Shown: piece after piece, positions 36,885 through 47,584 of the stretch
Numbering within the stretch: position 1 is the first letter of the stretch
How the letters are laid out: each line of letters starts with the position of its first letter
Origin: an uncultured Gemmatimonadales bacterium
Lineage (GTDB): Bacteria > Gemmatimonadota > Gemmatimonadetes > Longimicrobiales > RSA9
Assembly: GCA_963708135.1 (NCBI GenBank)
Contig: OY970192.1
Coordinates: 3,968,001-4,032,000, forward strand
Direction of reading: 5' to 3'
Length of the DNA: 64,000 nucleotides
Translations under genes and position numbers: made by a program
The notes under the pieces: generated by a model
The model's database searches: none
What the model was told of the DNA's origin: nothing
What the model saw: the letters and a program-made list of their open reading frames with translations, nothing else

Positions 36885-37937
36885 ATGAAGCCCGTCTCCT
36901 TTCTTGCAGCCGCGCTCCTCGCGGCCGCGGCCGGACCGCTGCGGGCCCAGCGCCCGGAGGCGCTCTGGTACGCGACGGCTGGGGAGGAGAGCGTCCGCAG
37001 CTTCCTCGAGCACGCCGACCAGGTCTCCATCGTTGCGCCCCAGACCTACAAGCTCGACGAGAGCGGCACCGTCTGGGGCTCGGTCGATCCTCGGCTCCTC
37101 GACGCCGCCCGCGAGCATCACGTGAAGGTCGTGCCCCTCATCGTGAACCCCGGCTTCGACCAGCCTCTGATCCATCACGTCCTGACCACGCCGGACGCCC
37201 GCGACCGCGCCGTCATGGCCATCGCCGACCTGTGCCGCAACGAGCACTTCGACGGCATCCAGTTCGACTTCGAGAACATCAACGCCGCGGATCGCGACGC
37301 CTTCACCGACTTCTTCCGCCGCACCGCGGACGCGCTCCACGCCGTGAGCTGCACCGCCAGCGTCGCCGTCGTGCCACGGGCCGCCGAGTTCCCCGGCCCG
37401 ACCTCGTATCACCACTGGATCTACGAGAACTGGCGGGCCGCGTACGACTACGCGAAGCTCGCCCAGGCGGCCGATTTCCTCTCGCTCATGACGTACGATC
37501 AGCATACCGGGAACACGCCGCCCGGACCCGTCGCCGGCGTGCCCTGGATGGAGAGCGTCGTGGACTTCCTGCTCGCGCAGGGCGTGCCGCCGGCAAAGAT
37601 CTCCCTCGGCATCCCCTCGTATTCCGTCCACTGGTTCCCCTCCTGGGACGCGCGGGGCGGCGCCCGCGTGGCGGCCCGCCAGCTGCCGTGGAGAACGGCC
37701 GATGGGCTCCTGCAGGCCAACCACGCCAAGCCGGTCTGGGATGACACGGCCCGCGTCTTCCACGCCCGCTGGATGAACGACGGCGTGGACGAGTACCTCT
37801 ACCTCGAGGACGCTGCCTCCTTCCGCGCCAAGCGCAGCATCGTGGCGGCGCGCCATCTGCGCGGCTACTCCGTCTGGGTGCTCGGCTCCGAGGACCCCGC
37901 CGTCTGGACCATGCTTCGCGGGCTCGGCGGGCGCTGA
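36885..37937 (+). CDS. Glycoside hydrolase family 18, secreted
   Basis: Signal peptide; FDGIQFDFE catalytic motif, LMTYD, KISLGIPSY, WVLGSED. Confidence 0.9.
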   Translation: MKPVSFLAAALLAAAAGPLRAQRPEALWYATAGEESVRSFLEHADQVSIVAPQTYKLDESGTVWGSVDPRLLDAAREHHVKVVPLIVNPGFDQPLIHHVLTTPDARDRAVMAIADLCRNEHFDGIQFDFENINAADRDAFTDFFRRTADALHAVSCTASVAVVPRAAEFPGPTSYHHWIYENWRAAYDYAKLAQAADFLSLMTYDQHTGNTPPGPVAGVPWMESVVDFLLAQGVPPAKISLGIPSYSVHWFPSWDARGGARVAARQLPWRTADGLLQANHAKPVWDDTARVFHARWMNDGVDEYLYLEDAASFRAKRSIVAARHLRGYSVWVLGSEDPAVWTMLRGLGGR

Positions 37938-38650
37938 TGGCCCGCGGCATCGCCCTCGTCCTGGTGGATTTCGACGACACCCTCGTCGAAACCGCGCCCC
38001 GGTTCCTCGGCGCCCGGCGCGCCCTCTTCGCCCGTCTCGCCGAGCTCGGCTTCTCCGAGGAGGGGGCGAGCGAAGTGCACCATGAGCGGGTGGAGCGGGA
38101 CATGATGCGGCGCTATGGCCTGGGGCCGGCCCGGCTCGAGCATTCCTTCCGGGAGACTTACATGGTTCTCTGCGAGGAGGCCGGGTCTCGGCCGGATGGC
38201 GACGTCGCCGCCGCGCTCGCCGGGCTCGGCCGCACCGTCGCGGGCACCCCGCCCGCCATCGACGGCGCGATCGACGCCCTGCGCGCCCTCGCCGCCGAGG
38301 TGCCGACGGTCCTCTACACGCAGGCCGGCGACGCCGACTACCAGCTCGGCTGCGTGCGCGAGACCGGCGTGCTCGAGGTGCTCCCTGCCGAGCACGTCCG
38401 CATCTGCCCGCGCAAGACCGCCGAGGCGTTCCGCGAGGCGGTCGGCCACTACGGCGTGCCTGCCGAGGAGGCCTGGATGGTGGGAAACAGCATCCGCAGC
38501 GACGTGAATCCCGCCCTCGCCGCCGGCGCCAACGCGATTCTCATCGAGCTCGACGACCCCTGGGAGTTCGACCTCGTCGAGCCGCTCTCGGACGGCTTCG
38601 TGCGCGTCCGCTCCTTCCCCGAGGCCGTCCGTTTCCTGCTGGAGCGATGA
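37937..38650 (+). CDS. HAD superfamily hydrolase
   Basis: VDFDDTL, K, WMVGNSIRSDVNPA. Confidence 0.88.
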   Translation: MARGIALVLVDFDDTLVETAPRFLGARRALFARLAELGFSEEGASEVHHERVERDMMRRYGLGPARLEHSFRETYMVLCEEAGSRPDGDVAAALAGLGRTVAGTPPAIDGAIDALRALAAEVPTVLYTQAGDADYQLGCVRETGVLEVLPAEHVRICPRKTAEAFREAVGHYGVPAEEAWMVGNSIRSDVNPALAAGANAILIELDDPWEFDLVEPLSDGFVRVRSFPEAVRFLLER

Positions 38651-38651
38651 C

Positions 38652-39083
38652 ATGCACGTGAAGCTCGCCGTGGTCGCCGATTACGCCAATGTCAGCACCG
38701 ACGGAAAGCTCAACATCCTGGGCATCTTCGAGCGCATCCACGTGACGGAGCTGCCGGCCGTGCATCCACAGATGCACCTCGTGCTCCGCCTCGAGGCGCA
38801 CCCCGCCGAGCGCGACCGGCCGCACGGCGTGGAGATCCGCCTCCAGGACCCGGACGGCCAGACCATCTTCCAGCTCGGCGGCGAGATCGTACCGCGCGGG
38901 CCCGCCGGCCAGACGATCCTCAACAATCAGATCCTGACCATCAACAACCTCGCAATCGGCAAGGTCGGTGAGTACAATTTCGTCATCTTCGTCGACAATG
39001 ACCTGAAGGCGGAGACGCCGCTCTCCGTCGCCTTCGCCGCGGAGCCGCCCGCCGTCGGGGAGGGTGCCGGTCCGATCATGTGA
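38652..39083 (+). CDS. Conserved hypothetical protein (DUF6941-like beta sandwich)
   Basis: LAVVADYA...DGKLNILGIF.RI....LPAVHP, GEY.F motif. Confidence 0.7.
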   Translation: MHVKLAVVADYANVSTDGKLNILGIFERIHVTELPAVHPQMHLVLRLEAHPAERDRPHGVEIRLQDPDGQTIFQLGGEIVPRGPAGQTILNNQILTINNLAIGKVGEYNFVIFVDNDLKAETPLSVAFAAEPPAVGEGAGPIM

Positions 39084-39151
39084 CGCGCCGCCGCGCGACA
39101 CCCGCGCGGCCCTCGCGGGTATGAACGCCTTCACCACGACCCGGGGATCCA

Positions 39152-39625
39152 ATGCTCGACGAGATCAAGACGAAAATCGCCGACGAGATCGACCGCCTGC
39201 AGTACGAGCTCACGGTGACGCTTCCCGCTGCCATCCAGAAGGCGGTGGAGCTCGGCGACCTGCGCGAGAACGCCGACTACAAGTCGTCGCTCGAGCGCCA
39301 GCAGTTCGTGCAGGCGCGCATCGGCCACCTGAGCCAGCGCCTCTCCGAGCTCTCCAAGATCGACCTCGCCGCCATCCCCGACGACCGCGTGGGCTTCGGT
39401 TCCAGGGTCACGCTCCGCGATCTACGCAGCGGCGAGGAGATGACCTACACCATCGCCGCCGGCGACTACATCGACCTCGACGCCGGCCACATCTCGATGG
39501 CCTCCCCCGTGGGCCGCGGCCTCATGGGCCACCGCACGGGCGATGAGGTCGCCATCGACCTCCCCGCCGGCACCCGGACCTACAGGGTCCTCGACCTCGT
39601 GACCCTCCCCCAGATGGTCAAGTAG
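39152..39625 (+). CDS. greA: Transcription elongation factor GreA/GreB family
   Basis: GDLRENADY, VGFGSRV, ISMASPVGRGL.G...GD. Confidence 0.9.
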   Translation: MLDEIKTKIADEIDRLQYELTVTLPAAIQKAVELGDLRENADYKSSLERQQFVQARIGHLSQRLSELSKIDLAAIPDDRVGFGSRVTLRDLRSGEEMTYTIAAGDYIDLDAGHISMASPVGRGLMGHRTGDEVAIDLPAGTRTYRVLDLVTLPQMVK

Positions 39626-39656
39626 GCGGTCCGACCTCCGGAAGCCGACAGCCCAC

Positions 39657-40430
39657 TCAACCCACCTCGTCCCGGATACCCTCCACCACCCGGTCGGCGA
39701 GCGCCATGACGGTCAGGTACGGGTTGATCTCCACGGAGTCCGGGAACAGGCTGGCGTCCGCCACCCGCAGCCACCCCATCCCGTGCACCCGGCCCCACGC
39801 ATCCGTCACCGAATCGGCCGCGCTCCGCCCCATGCCGCAGCCGCCCATGAGGTGCGCCGCGGATACGCTCGTCTTTCCCGGCCTGAAGTGCCGCGCCTGG
39901 ATGAGCGCTTCGACCTCGGCCGCGTCGCGCCGCTCGATCAGGGGTGGATCAGCCGACCGGGCATGGACGCGCCGGGCACCTGCGCCGAAGAAGATCCGTG
40001 CAGAGGCCCGCGTCGCCCTGACCATGGACTCGATCACGGGGCGCGTGAGCCGGTAGTGGACGACCGGCCGGCCGGACCGGTCCACCGTCACCCGATTCCT
40101 CTGCACGGCGCGGTCGCACGCGAGCGCACCCCTCGACGAAGAGCCGGTTGTTGTCGTTGATCTCGGCATCCGATAGCAGGTGCACGTGGTTCTGCTCCAT
40201 GTACCTTCCCGAGCGACGCACCACGTCGGCATGCTCGAGGCCCTCGACCGCCCACTTCGAGGTCACCCGCTCCGGCGCCACGAGCGACGTCCCGGTGTAC
40301 ACGACCGTGGAGCCGCCGTACGCCCGCCCGAAGGCCAGCCTCATCGCCCCGTCCGCCGTGAGGAACCCACCCCCGTCCGCATAGAGCGCGGCCGCCATCT
40401 CCAGCTCGCGCCCCGTGAACTCGCCAGCCC
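39657..40430 (-). pseudogene. GMC oxidoreductase remnant (N-terminus lost, internal deletion)
   Basis: GRAYGGSTVVY.G fragment in one frame abuts the C-terminal SAAHLMGGC.MG..DASLFP....NPYLTVMALA fragment in another near 40125. No GxGxxG start. Confidence 0.78.
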
Positions 40431-40467
40431 CACGCTCGCCCGCGGTTGCATTTGCCGTTGAACAAGA

Positions 40468-40495
40468 AGAGGCCCTGTCTCGCGACAGGGCCTCT
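40468..40495 (-). terminator. Intrinsic terminator of the large lipoprotein gene
   Basis: AGAGGCCCTGTC/GACAGGGCCTCT 12-bp stem followed by TCTTGTT on the minus strand. Confidence 0.7.
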
Positions 40496-40537
40496 CCCCT
40501 CCTGCGTGCTACCGGTGTTGCTTCAGGCGGCTATGGC

Positions 40538-43312
40538 TCAGTCCGCCGTCAGCGTAACAGCCACCGGCTGCGTGATCAGCGCGTGACCGTTACTGTCCAC
40601 GCCCACTGCGTACACCGTGATCGCCTGCGGCGCCAGCGAGGCCGGCGGAGCCCAGTTCGCGAACGTGTACGTCCACGTCCGGAAACCAGCGTCGACCACG
40701 CCAACCGTCCCCGGGCCGATCAGGATCAGCCGCGTCGGGTCTGCCGCGGTGGCATAGTAGAAGTTCACCGCCGCGAACGGATTGGCGAAGGTGGCCGTCG
40801 TGCCCGCCGCGCTCGCCTGCAGCGTGGTGGACGTCTTGCTGGCGGCATCGCAGCCGTTCGCGTCGGAGTCGTTGCAGACCGTCGTGTTCGAGGCGGTTGC
40901 CGCGAACGTGTTGAAATCGCTCGCCGGAGCGAACTGCGACACGGCCCCGACGTTGGTGCTGATGTCCTGCAACACCGTCGTCGAGTTGCCGGCGACATCC
41001 GTCGTCGTCGTGATCGCGTTCGTCGCCAGGAACTTGATGACGGTGTCCGGCTGGTTCGAGCCGTTCACCTGCGACAGGCTGACCAGGAAGTTGTTCACCG
41101 GAACCGAGGCGTTCACGCTCGTCGTGAACACATCGTAGCCAAACGACCCGAGAGTCGTCAACGGGAAGCCAAGCACGAACCCGGCCGTGGCCGTGTCACC
41201 GTACTCGATCGCCGGCGTCGACTTGGCGAGATCGATGTTGTCGTTCACCGACTGCGTGAACGTCACCGTGCTGCCGCCGGAGATGGTCGACGGAGAAACG
41301 ATGCCACCGGCCGTCGGCGCTTCATTGTCGATCAGAACGGTCCGCTGGGCCACCGTGTCACTCTGGTTGCCCGCGGCGTCCTCGACGAACGCGCTGAACG
41401 TGAAGTACCCCTCGTTCCCCGTCGCGTTGTCCACCAGCTGCGAGAAGGTCGGCGGACTCGACGCCACGCCCTTGAAGGCGCAGTCCGTACCGCCCACCAC
41501 ACACGTGGTGGAGCTGGGCAGGTACTGATACATGTGCTCGTGAACCGGTGTCCCGTCGAACCCGCTGGGCCCGGCCGGCGGCACCGCGGTGTCACTGAAC
41601 TGCACGATGTAGGACGTGCCCGGAGACGTGGTCATGTACGTCGTCTTGTCCTTCACGCTGCCGCTCGTGTACGAGATCGTCGGCAGCGTCTTGTTGACGC
41701 CGAACGTCGCGATGACCGTGGCGCACGACGGAACGGTCGTGGCCGAGCTCGATACGCAGGTCGCCACGTCGGTGCCGAACACCGTGCGGGCGTTGCCGAG
41801 CGCGTCGGTCGTCGTGACCTGGAGCAGGTAGTCGTGATTCGTGGCCGTCTCCGCCAGGTCGGCGCCCGTCGTGACCGCCGTCAGGCTGGACGCATCCGCG
41901 CCCGCCGCGAACGTCTCCGTCTGGCTGTCGACGCCGTAATCCACCGTCGTCACGTTGTCGGCGAAGCTGTAGTCGGCATTGACGTAGCCGTTCGTGTTAC
42001 TGACCGTGAGGCTCACCACGCGCGGCGCCAGATTGTCCACACGCACCTGGCCGGCCGCGAGGCCGTTGCCGCACCCGGCGTTCTGCGGATTCGTCGTCGG
42101 GTCGGGGTTGATGCAGACCGGCCCGGCCTGGCCGCCGGCCGTCACGCTGTTGACCACCACGCTGGCGAGGACGTCCTCCATCCCCTTGACGCCAGGCGCG
42201 CCCGCCTTGTCGATCGCGTTCGCGGCCGGGAATGTCACCGACAGGCCGTCGGACGCATCCGCATCCGTCCGCGTCGCGCTCTTCGCCGCGCAGCTCGGGG
42301 TGGTCGCGCCACCGGCGCCGCCGTCTGCCGCGGCCACCGTGGGATCGGCCGCCACATTACTGGTCGGCTGGCAACCCGTGGCACCCGTTACGCCCGTGGC
42401 CGCCGTCGTGAGCGACACCGAGATGCTGGCCGGGGCGTTGGCGCTGCCGCTGTAGATCACCGGCATGGCCGCGAAGGTCAGGTCGCCCGCGCCCCACAGC
42501 GAGCCGGCCGGCGCAAGCGCGCCCGTGCCGCTCGTCGCCGTTCCGTTCGAGAACGTCGGCTTGACCTTGATGAAGTCCGTGTTGTTGAAGATCAGCGTCT
42601 GGCTGACCGACGCCTGCGTGTTGCCGTTCGGCCCGATCAGCTGCGCCGACAGCGTGTGCGGCCCGTTCAGATACGTCACCGTCCCCGTCGTCGTGTCGTA
42701 CGCCTGCGTCGGGATCGGGCAGGTGATCGTCAGCACGTCCTGCGAGGCCTCCGCCGACGTGCTCGACGAGAACGCCTGCGAGCACACCTGCGTGCCGTCC
42801 AGCAGCACCTGAGCGCTGCTCACCGTCACGCCCTGCGGAATGCTGACGTTGAGGGCCACGTTGATCTGATCCTTGGTGTTCGTCACGTCCACCGGCTGAC
42901 CGGCCAGGTTCGTGATCGAGCTGATCGTGATCGTCGGCGTGCCCTCGCCGCCCGTGCCCGTCACCGTCACGCTGCCCGCCGCCTTCGCGTTCGGGTCGGC
43001 CGTCGACGTCGCGATGATCGACGCCTGCCCGGATGCGACCGCGGTCACGTTGCCGTTCGCGTCCACCGTGGCGACGCTCGAATTCGACGACGACCACGTC
43101 ACCGTCCGCGCCGTGGTCTGGTCGCCGCCCGTCACCGTCGCGACGAACGAGCCGGTGCCACCGACCGGCAGCGTCAGCGCGGCAGGCGTCACCGTCACCT
43201 GGATCGACTCCGGCGGTATCACCAGATTCGACTTGCTCTCGCACGCGGCGAGCGCAATGGCCGACAGTGCGGCGATCGCCAGCCCCTTCATTACGTACGT
43301 TCGAGAACTCAT
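40538..43312 (-). CDS. Large Thr/Ala/Val-rich surface lipoprotein with Big_2 Ig-like domain
   Basis: GGAGG RBS, lipobox LAAC, VTWSSSNSSVATVDANGNVTAVASG Big_2 motif, further beta-rich modules and spaced cysteines. Confidence 0.85.
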   Translation of the reverse strand: MSSRTYVMKGLAIAALSAIALAACESKSNLVIPPESIQVTVTPAALTLPVGGTGSFVATVTGGDQTTARTVTWSSSNSSVATVDANGNVTAVASGQASIIATSTADPNAKAAGSVTVTGTGGEGTPTITISSITNLAGQPVDVTNTKDQINVALNVSIPQGVTVSSAQVLLDGTQVCSQAFSSSTSAEASQDVLTITCPIPTQAYDTTTGTVTYLNGPHTLSAQLIGPNGNTQASVSQTLIFNNTDFIKVKPTFSNGTATSGTGALAPAGSLWGAGDLTFAAMPVIYSGSANAPASISVSLTTAATGVTGATGCQPTSNVAADPTVAAADGGAGGATTPSCAAKSATRTDADASDGLSVTFPAANAIDKAGAPGVKGMEDVLASVVVNSVTAGGQAGPVCINPDPTTNPQNAGCGNGLAAGQVRVDNLAPRVVSLTVSNTNGYVNADYSFADNVTTVDYGVDSQTETFAAGADASSLTAVTTGADLAETATNHDYLLQVTTTDALGNARTVFGTDVATCVSSSATTVPSCATVIATFGVNKTLPTISYTSGSVKDKTTYMTTSPGTSYIVQFSDTAVPPAGPSGFDGTPVHEHMYQYLPSSTTCVVGGTDCAFKGVASSPPTFSQLVDNATGNEGYFTFSAFVEDAAGNQSDTVAQRTVLIDNEAPTAGGIVSPSTISGGSTVTFTQSVNDNIDLAKSTPAIEYGDTATAGFVLGFPLTTLGSFGYDVFTTSVNASVPVNNFLVSLSQVNGSNQPDTVIKFLATNAITTTTDVAGNSTTVLQDISTNVGAVSQFAPASDFNTFAATASNTTVCNDSDANGCDAASKTSTTLQASAAGTTATFANPFAAVNFYYATAADPTRLILIGPGTVGVVDAGFRTWTYTFANWAPPASLAPQAITVYAVGVDSNGHALITQPVAVTLTAD

Positions 43313-43362
43313 TTCCCTCCTCCGTATCGGAGCGAGTGTCATTTGACTTCGTCCTGCGTTAG

Positions 43363-43402
43363 TACTGCCGTGCTGCAATCCTGCGGTCCTGCAGTGCTGC
43401 GT
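43363..43402. repeat. Five imperfect tandem octamers (TNCTGCNN)
   Basis: TACTGCCG TGCTGCAA TCCTGCGG TCCTGCAG TGCTGCGT. Confidence 0.7.
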
Positions 43403-43699
43403 AATGCGCCTTCGTCTCAGACGCACCGGACTGAGAGCATCGCACCTCCTTGCATGCCGGTCCATCGACGGAACAAGGGGGCAACGGTCCCCCGCTCGGG
43501 CGGACCGCAAACCCCGGATCGCATCTACATTTCCGTTGCTCCCGCCATAACCTGTTCCCCGTGGAAGTCCTTCCCGGGAACCGGGCGGCCGACAACGTAC
43601 CGCCGCGTCGCGGGTCCCGTCAAGGATACATGCGCTTGGGAACGACTTCGCCGGGGGAACGGCGGTTCGTGCCGGGGGAAAGCCGGCACTGCGGGAGCT

Positions 43700-43727
43700 A
43701 AAGTAACACTTGAGGTGCGCACGTCAA
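43700..43727 (-). promoter_or_regulatory. Candidate sigma70 promoter for the surface lipoprotein gene
   Basis: TTGACG-16 bp-TACTTT with TGn extension on the minus strand. Confidence 0.45.
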
Positions 43728-43868
43728 GCCTCTTGTTTTCGGAACGGTCTCGCACCATGCCCATGGCTCCCCTATTTTCGCCGCCGAGCACCCGGCTCCG
43801 GCCGCACCACCGCCGCTGCGGCCGCGGCCGCCAGTAGCGTCCCTGCACCCCCGGACCTGGAGGCGAAG

Positions 43869-45929
43869 TTGCCTTTTCCCCGCTCGATTCCGAACGCGCT
43901 CCTCCTCGGCCTGCTTCCCCTCGCCTGCGCCCACTCCGGACGCGTCCCGGCCAAGCCCCCACCTGCAGTGTCGCCCGCCGTTTCTCCATCCTCACCCTCA
44001 CCCTCAACTGCCTTCGAAGTCTTCACGACACCGAAGCCCTTCGAGCGCCCACGCCCCTATCCGGTGTTCGAGACGCCCGGTTTCCGGCGCGCCGTCGAGC
44101 ACGGCACGCGCACGCGGACAGGGCGGCCCGGGCCTCGCTACTGGACGCAGCGGGCGGAATATCGGCTGGAGGCGACATTCGACCCTTCGCACGCGCGCGT
44201 GACGGGCGCGGGCACCGTGCGCTACCACAACCGCTCGCCCGACACGCTCCGTGTGGTGGCCGTCGAGCTCTATCAGAACGCGAACGCGCCGGGAGCCATG
44301 CGGGTCCGCTTTCAGCCGGTCACCGGCGGCATCCACCTGACGCGCGTATCCGCCGGCGGTCGGGTCCTGCGGGAAGCGCCGCGTGGCGCCGGACCGGGCT
44401 ACCAGGTGGTGGGCACGATCGCGTGGGTCACGCTGCCGCAGCCCGTCGTCCCCGGCGGCACGGCCGAGCTGGCGTTCGACTGGAGCTTCGTCATCCCGCC
44501 GAAGGAGAATTCGCGGATGGGGCAGGATGGCGTGGTCTACTTCGTGGGCTACTGGTATCCGCAGATCGCGGTCTACGACGACGTGAACGGCTGGCAGGCC
44601 GACCAGTTCATGACCAACGCCGAGTTCTACATGGACTACGCGGACTACGACGTCACCCTGCACGTCCCGCAGGGCTGGCTCGTCTCCGCCACCGGCGTGC
44701 TGCAGGATCCGGCGGCGGTGCTCGCGCCGCGCACCCGTGCCCGCCTGGCGGCGGCCCGCGTGGGCGCCGTGACCGCGGTGGTGGCCGCGGACGATCGCGC
44801 GCCGGGGCGCTCGACGGCCACGTCGCCCGACGGGATCCTGAGCTGGCACTTCGCGGCGACGAACGTGCGCGACTTCGCCTGGGCCAGCTCGGACCGCTAC
44901 CTCTGGGACGCCACCCGTGTGGTGGTCGGCGATGCGGACGGCGACGCGCGTCCCGATACCACGGTGATCAACGCCTTCTACCGCCCCAAGGGTCCACCGT
45001 ACACGGACTGGGCGCGCTACGCGGCCGCGTCCATCGACTTCCTGTCGCGCTATCTCTGGCCCTACCCGTGGCCCCACATGGATGTGGTGGACGGCACCGT
45101 GGGCGGGATGGAGTACCCGATGCTCGTCAACATCACGGGTGCCCGCGACAGCGTCTCGCTCTACGGCGTGACGCTCCACGAGATCGGCCACATGTGGTTC
45201 CCGATGATGGTCGGCAGCGACGAGAAGCGGCACTCCTGGCAGGACGAGGGCGTGAACACGTACGTGGACCAGCAGGGCGAGAAGGAGTTCTTCCACGGCC
45301 ACGTCGATGCGGAAGGGCAGGCGCGCCGGGCCTACACCGACTTCGCCCGCCGCGGCAGCGGCGGCGAGTGGATCGGCGGCGAGGTCGAGCTCATGCGCCA
45401 CGGCGACCTCTACCCGCCGCTCTCCCGTGCCTTCTCCATGGCGAGCTACACCAAGATGTCCGTGATCCTCCAGATGCTGCGCGGCCTCCTGGGCGATGAC
45501 CTCGTGCACCGGGCGTTGCGCGAATACGGCCAGCGCTGGCTGTACAGGCACCCGGACGCCTACGACTTCTTCAACACTTTCAATGACGTCTCGGGGCGGG
45601 ACCTCGGCTGGTTCTGGCGCACCTGGTTCTTCGAGACCTGGTCGCTCGACCAGGCGGTGGCCGGTGTCTCGGCCGTGGGCGACTCCGCCACCATCGCGAT
45701 CGAGGACCGCGGCCTCGCCCCCATGCCCGTCGAGCTCGCCGTGACCCGCGCGGACGGCTCGGTCCAGCGGCTCGAGCTGCCGGTCAACGTCTGGCTCGCC
45801 GGCACTCGCCACGCCTCGGTCCGCCTCCTGGCCCGCCCGGAGATCGTGCGGGTGGAGATCGACCCCGATTCGCTCTTCGCCGACATCGACCGCACGAACC
45901 AGGTCTGGACCGCACCGGGCGGCGCTTGA
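43869..45929 (+). CDS. M1 family metallopeptidase, lipoprotein
   Basis: TTG start after GGAGG, lipobox PLAC, GGMEYP, HEIGHMWFP..DEG, Y.K motifs. Confidence 0.88.
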   Translation: MPFPRSIPNALLLGLLPLACAHSGRVPAKPPPAVSPAVSPSSPSPSTAFEVFTTPKPFERPRPYPVFETPGFRRAVEHGTRTRTGRPGPRYWTQRAEYRLEATFDPSHARVTGAGTVRYHNRSPDTLRVVAVELYQNANAPGAMRVRFQPVTGGIHLTRVSAGGRVLREAPRGAGPGYQVVGTIAWVTLPQPVVPGGTAELAFDWSFVIPPKENSRMGQDGVVYFVGYWYPQIAVYDDVNGWQADQFMTNAEFYMDYADYDVTLHVPQGWLVSATGVLQDPAAVLAPRTRARLAAARVGAVTAVVAADDRAPGRSTATSPDGILSWHFAATNVRDFAWASSDRYLWDATRVVVGDADGDARPDTTVINAFYRPKGPPYTDWARYAAASIDFLSRYLWPYPWPHMDVVDGTVGGMEYPMLVNITGARDSVSLYGVTLHEIGHMWFPMMVGSDEKRHSWQDEGVNTYVDQQGEKEFFHGHVDAEGQARRAYTDFARRGSGGEWIGGEVELMRHGDLYPPLSRAFSMASYTKMSVILQMLRGLLGDDLVHRALREYGQRWLYRHPDAYDFFNTFNDVSGRDLGWFWRTWFFETWSLDQAVAGVSAVGDSATIAIEDRGLAPMPVELAVTRADGSVQRLELPVNVWLAGTRHASVRLLARPEIVRVEIDPDSLFADIDRTNQVWTAPGGA

Positions 45930-45968
45930 CGTCGGCCCGCCCGGGACTGGCCAGGAGGATCGCCGGCG

Positions 45969-46643
45969 TCAGTGCAGCACATCGACGACCAGGCGGGCCG
46001 GGGACCGCAGCGTGAGAACGCGGTAGCGGCTCGGTCGCGCCAAGCCGAGCACCCAGCTCACGTCGGCCTCGAAGTCGCAAGTCAGCACGAGAGCCTCGAG
46101 GTTGGGCAGCCCCGGGCTCTGCCGTCGGGCCTGGATCGTCGGACGGCCTGCATCGTCGTGCGCCTGCGCCGGGGCGAGCCGCACCTCGAGCCACGCATCG
46201 CCCGCAAGCGGAACCGGCTCGCCCGAGCCGCACGCGCGCACCGGACGGTCAACGTACTCAATGTGGTAGCCCGGCACGCGCTCGGCGAAGCGGAAGACCA
46301 CCCGGTCGTAGCCTTCGTGGCGCCCCGTCTCGACCGCCTCGAGCAGCACCGGCATCCCGCTGCCACTTCGCTCCGACACGCCCGCCGTCCCCGAGAACGG
46401 CGGCGCGGCGGATTGACCTGCTCGGTTCGTGTCCGTCGCGGCACCGGCTGCCGCTGTATCCGTGCGCGCGGTATCCGTGCGCCTGGGAGCCGGCGCGACG
46501 GTATCGGCGGGATCGACGGGCGCGCCACGGTCGGCACGTCCCCCGCACGCCGCTGCCACGATCACGCTGACGGCAGCCAGGGCAACCTGCCGGGCGCCGG
46601 CCTGGAGGGACGACGGGTGGAGCGGGGCAGCACGGTGGGGCAC
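45969..46643 (-). CDS. Lipoprotein with AMIN-like domain
   Basis: Lipobox AAAC, Thr/Ala linker, GRHEGYDRVVFRF..PGY..EYV, DFEA, P.RLVVDV. Start uncertain. Confidence 0.72.
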   Translation of the reverse strand: MPHRAAPLHPSSLQAGARQVALAAVSVIVAAACGGRADRGAPVDPADTVAPAPRRTDTARTDTAAAGAATDTNRAGQSAAPPFSGTAGVSERSGSGMPVLLEAVETGRHEGYDRVVFRFAERVPGYHIEYVDRPVRACGSGEPVPLAGDAWLEVRLAPAQAHDDAGRPTIQARRQSPGLPNLEALVLTCDFEADVSWVLGLARPSRYRVLTLRSPARLVVDVLH

Positions 46644-46707
46644 GGGAGCTCCGGAGCTCGGGAGAAACGGGGCGGAATCGCGCGGGTAGGCGCGGCGGAT
46701 GCGTCGC

Positions 46708-47316
46708 CTACTCGAGCAGCCGCATCTGCGCCCGCGTGACCGCGGGCACGACGTGGCAGGCGCGGCAGCGCGCCTCGTAACTCTCGAGGCCGCCCACCTG
46801 GATTGTGGGGCCCTCGGCCGGTGCCGGCTTGCCATCCACCAGCCGCTGGTTGCGGGTGGCCGGGCTGCCGCACACCACGCAGATCGCCGTCAGCTTGTCC
46901 ACCTGCTCCGCGATCGCCAGCAGCTCCGCCATTGGCCCGAAGGGATCGCCCCGGAAGTCCATGTCCGTGCCCGCGACCACCACCCGCACGCCGCGATTGG
47001 CGAGCGTGTTGACCACGCGCACGATTCCAGCATCGAGGAACTGCGCCTCATCGATCGCGATCACCTCCGCCCGCGGGTCCAGGTGCTCCGTCACCTCCAT
47101 CGAGGATTGCACCGGGATCGCCTCGATCCTGCCGCCGTCGTGCGAGCTCACCACCTGGAGTCCGCCGTACCGGTCGTCCAGCTGCGACTTGAAGACCTGC
47201 ACCTTCTTGCGCGCGATCGTCGCGCGTCGGACCCGCCGGATCAGCTCCTCGGACTTGCCGCTGAACATGACCCCGCTGATCACCTCGATCCAGCCGTGTC
47301 GGGGGGAGTAGTCCAT
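46708..47316 (-). CDS. tdk: Thymidine kinase
   Basis: [27 protein letters not shown], zinc CVVC..CRACH. Confidence 0.96.
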   Translation of the reverse strand: MDYSPRHGWIEVISGVMFSGKSEELIRRVRRATIARKKVQVFKSQLDDRYGGLQVVSSHDGGRIEAIPVQSSMEVTEHLDPRAEVIAIDEAQFLDAGIVRVVNTLANRGVRVVVAGTDMDFRGDPFGPMAELLAIAEQVDKLTAICVVCGSPATRNQRLVDGKPAPAEGPTIQVGGLESYEARCRACHVVPAVTRAQMRLLE

Positions 47317-47584
47317 GGCGACGAGTTTACCCCCGACCCGTTCGCCTTGTCCAGATCGCCCGATCCCCCGCCCGCCACAGGCCAGCGCTCCCCCGCCGAT
47401 TCAGGCGCAAATGCACGGCTCCACTTGACATACGCTGCCGGTAAAGGCAAACTACTTCTTACCCCTCTGGCACATCCATATCGGGAGTGGGCGCGTGCGG
47501 TCGCGCCTGGCCGCATGGACCACCACCTGCGTCGCCGCGGACGCAATCGCGGCTTCGCGCCGCCCAAGAAGGGGACCAGGAGAG

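Noticed and set aside
43363..43402. Short repeats (here, at 8430-8527 and at 48505-48570) as CRISPR arrays
   Set aside because: Units are 6-20 nt, degenerate and lack unique spacers; no cas genes.
40415..43837. 1140-aa plus-strand ORF and many other long Arg/Pro/Ala-rich ORFs in the track
   Set aside because: Antisense or off-frame shadows of real genes, expected at this GC content; no motifs or RBS.
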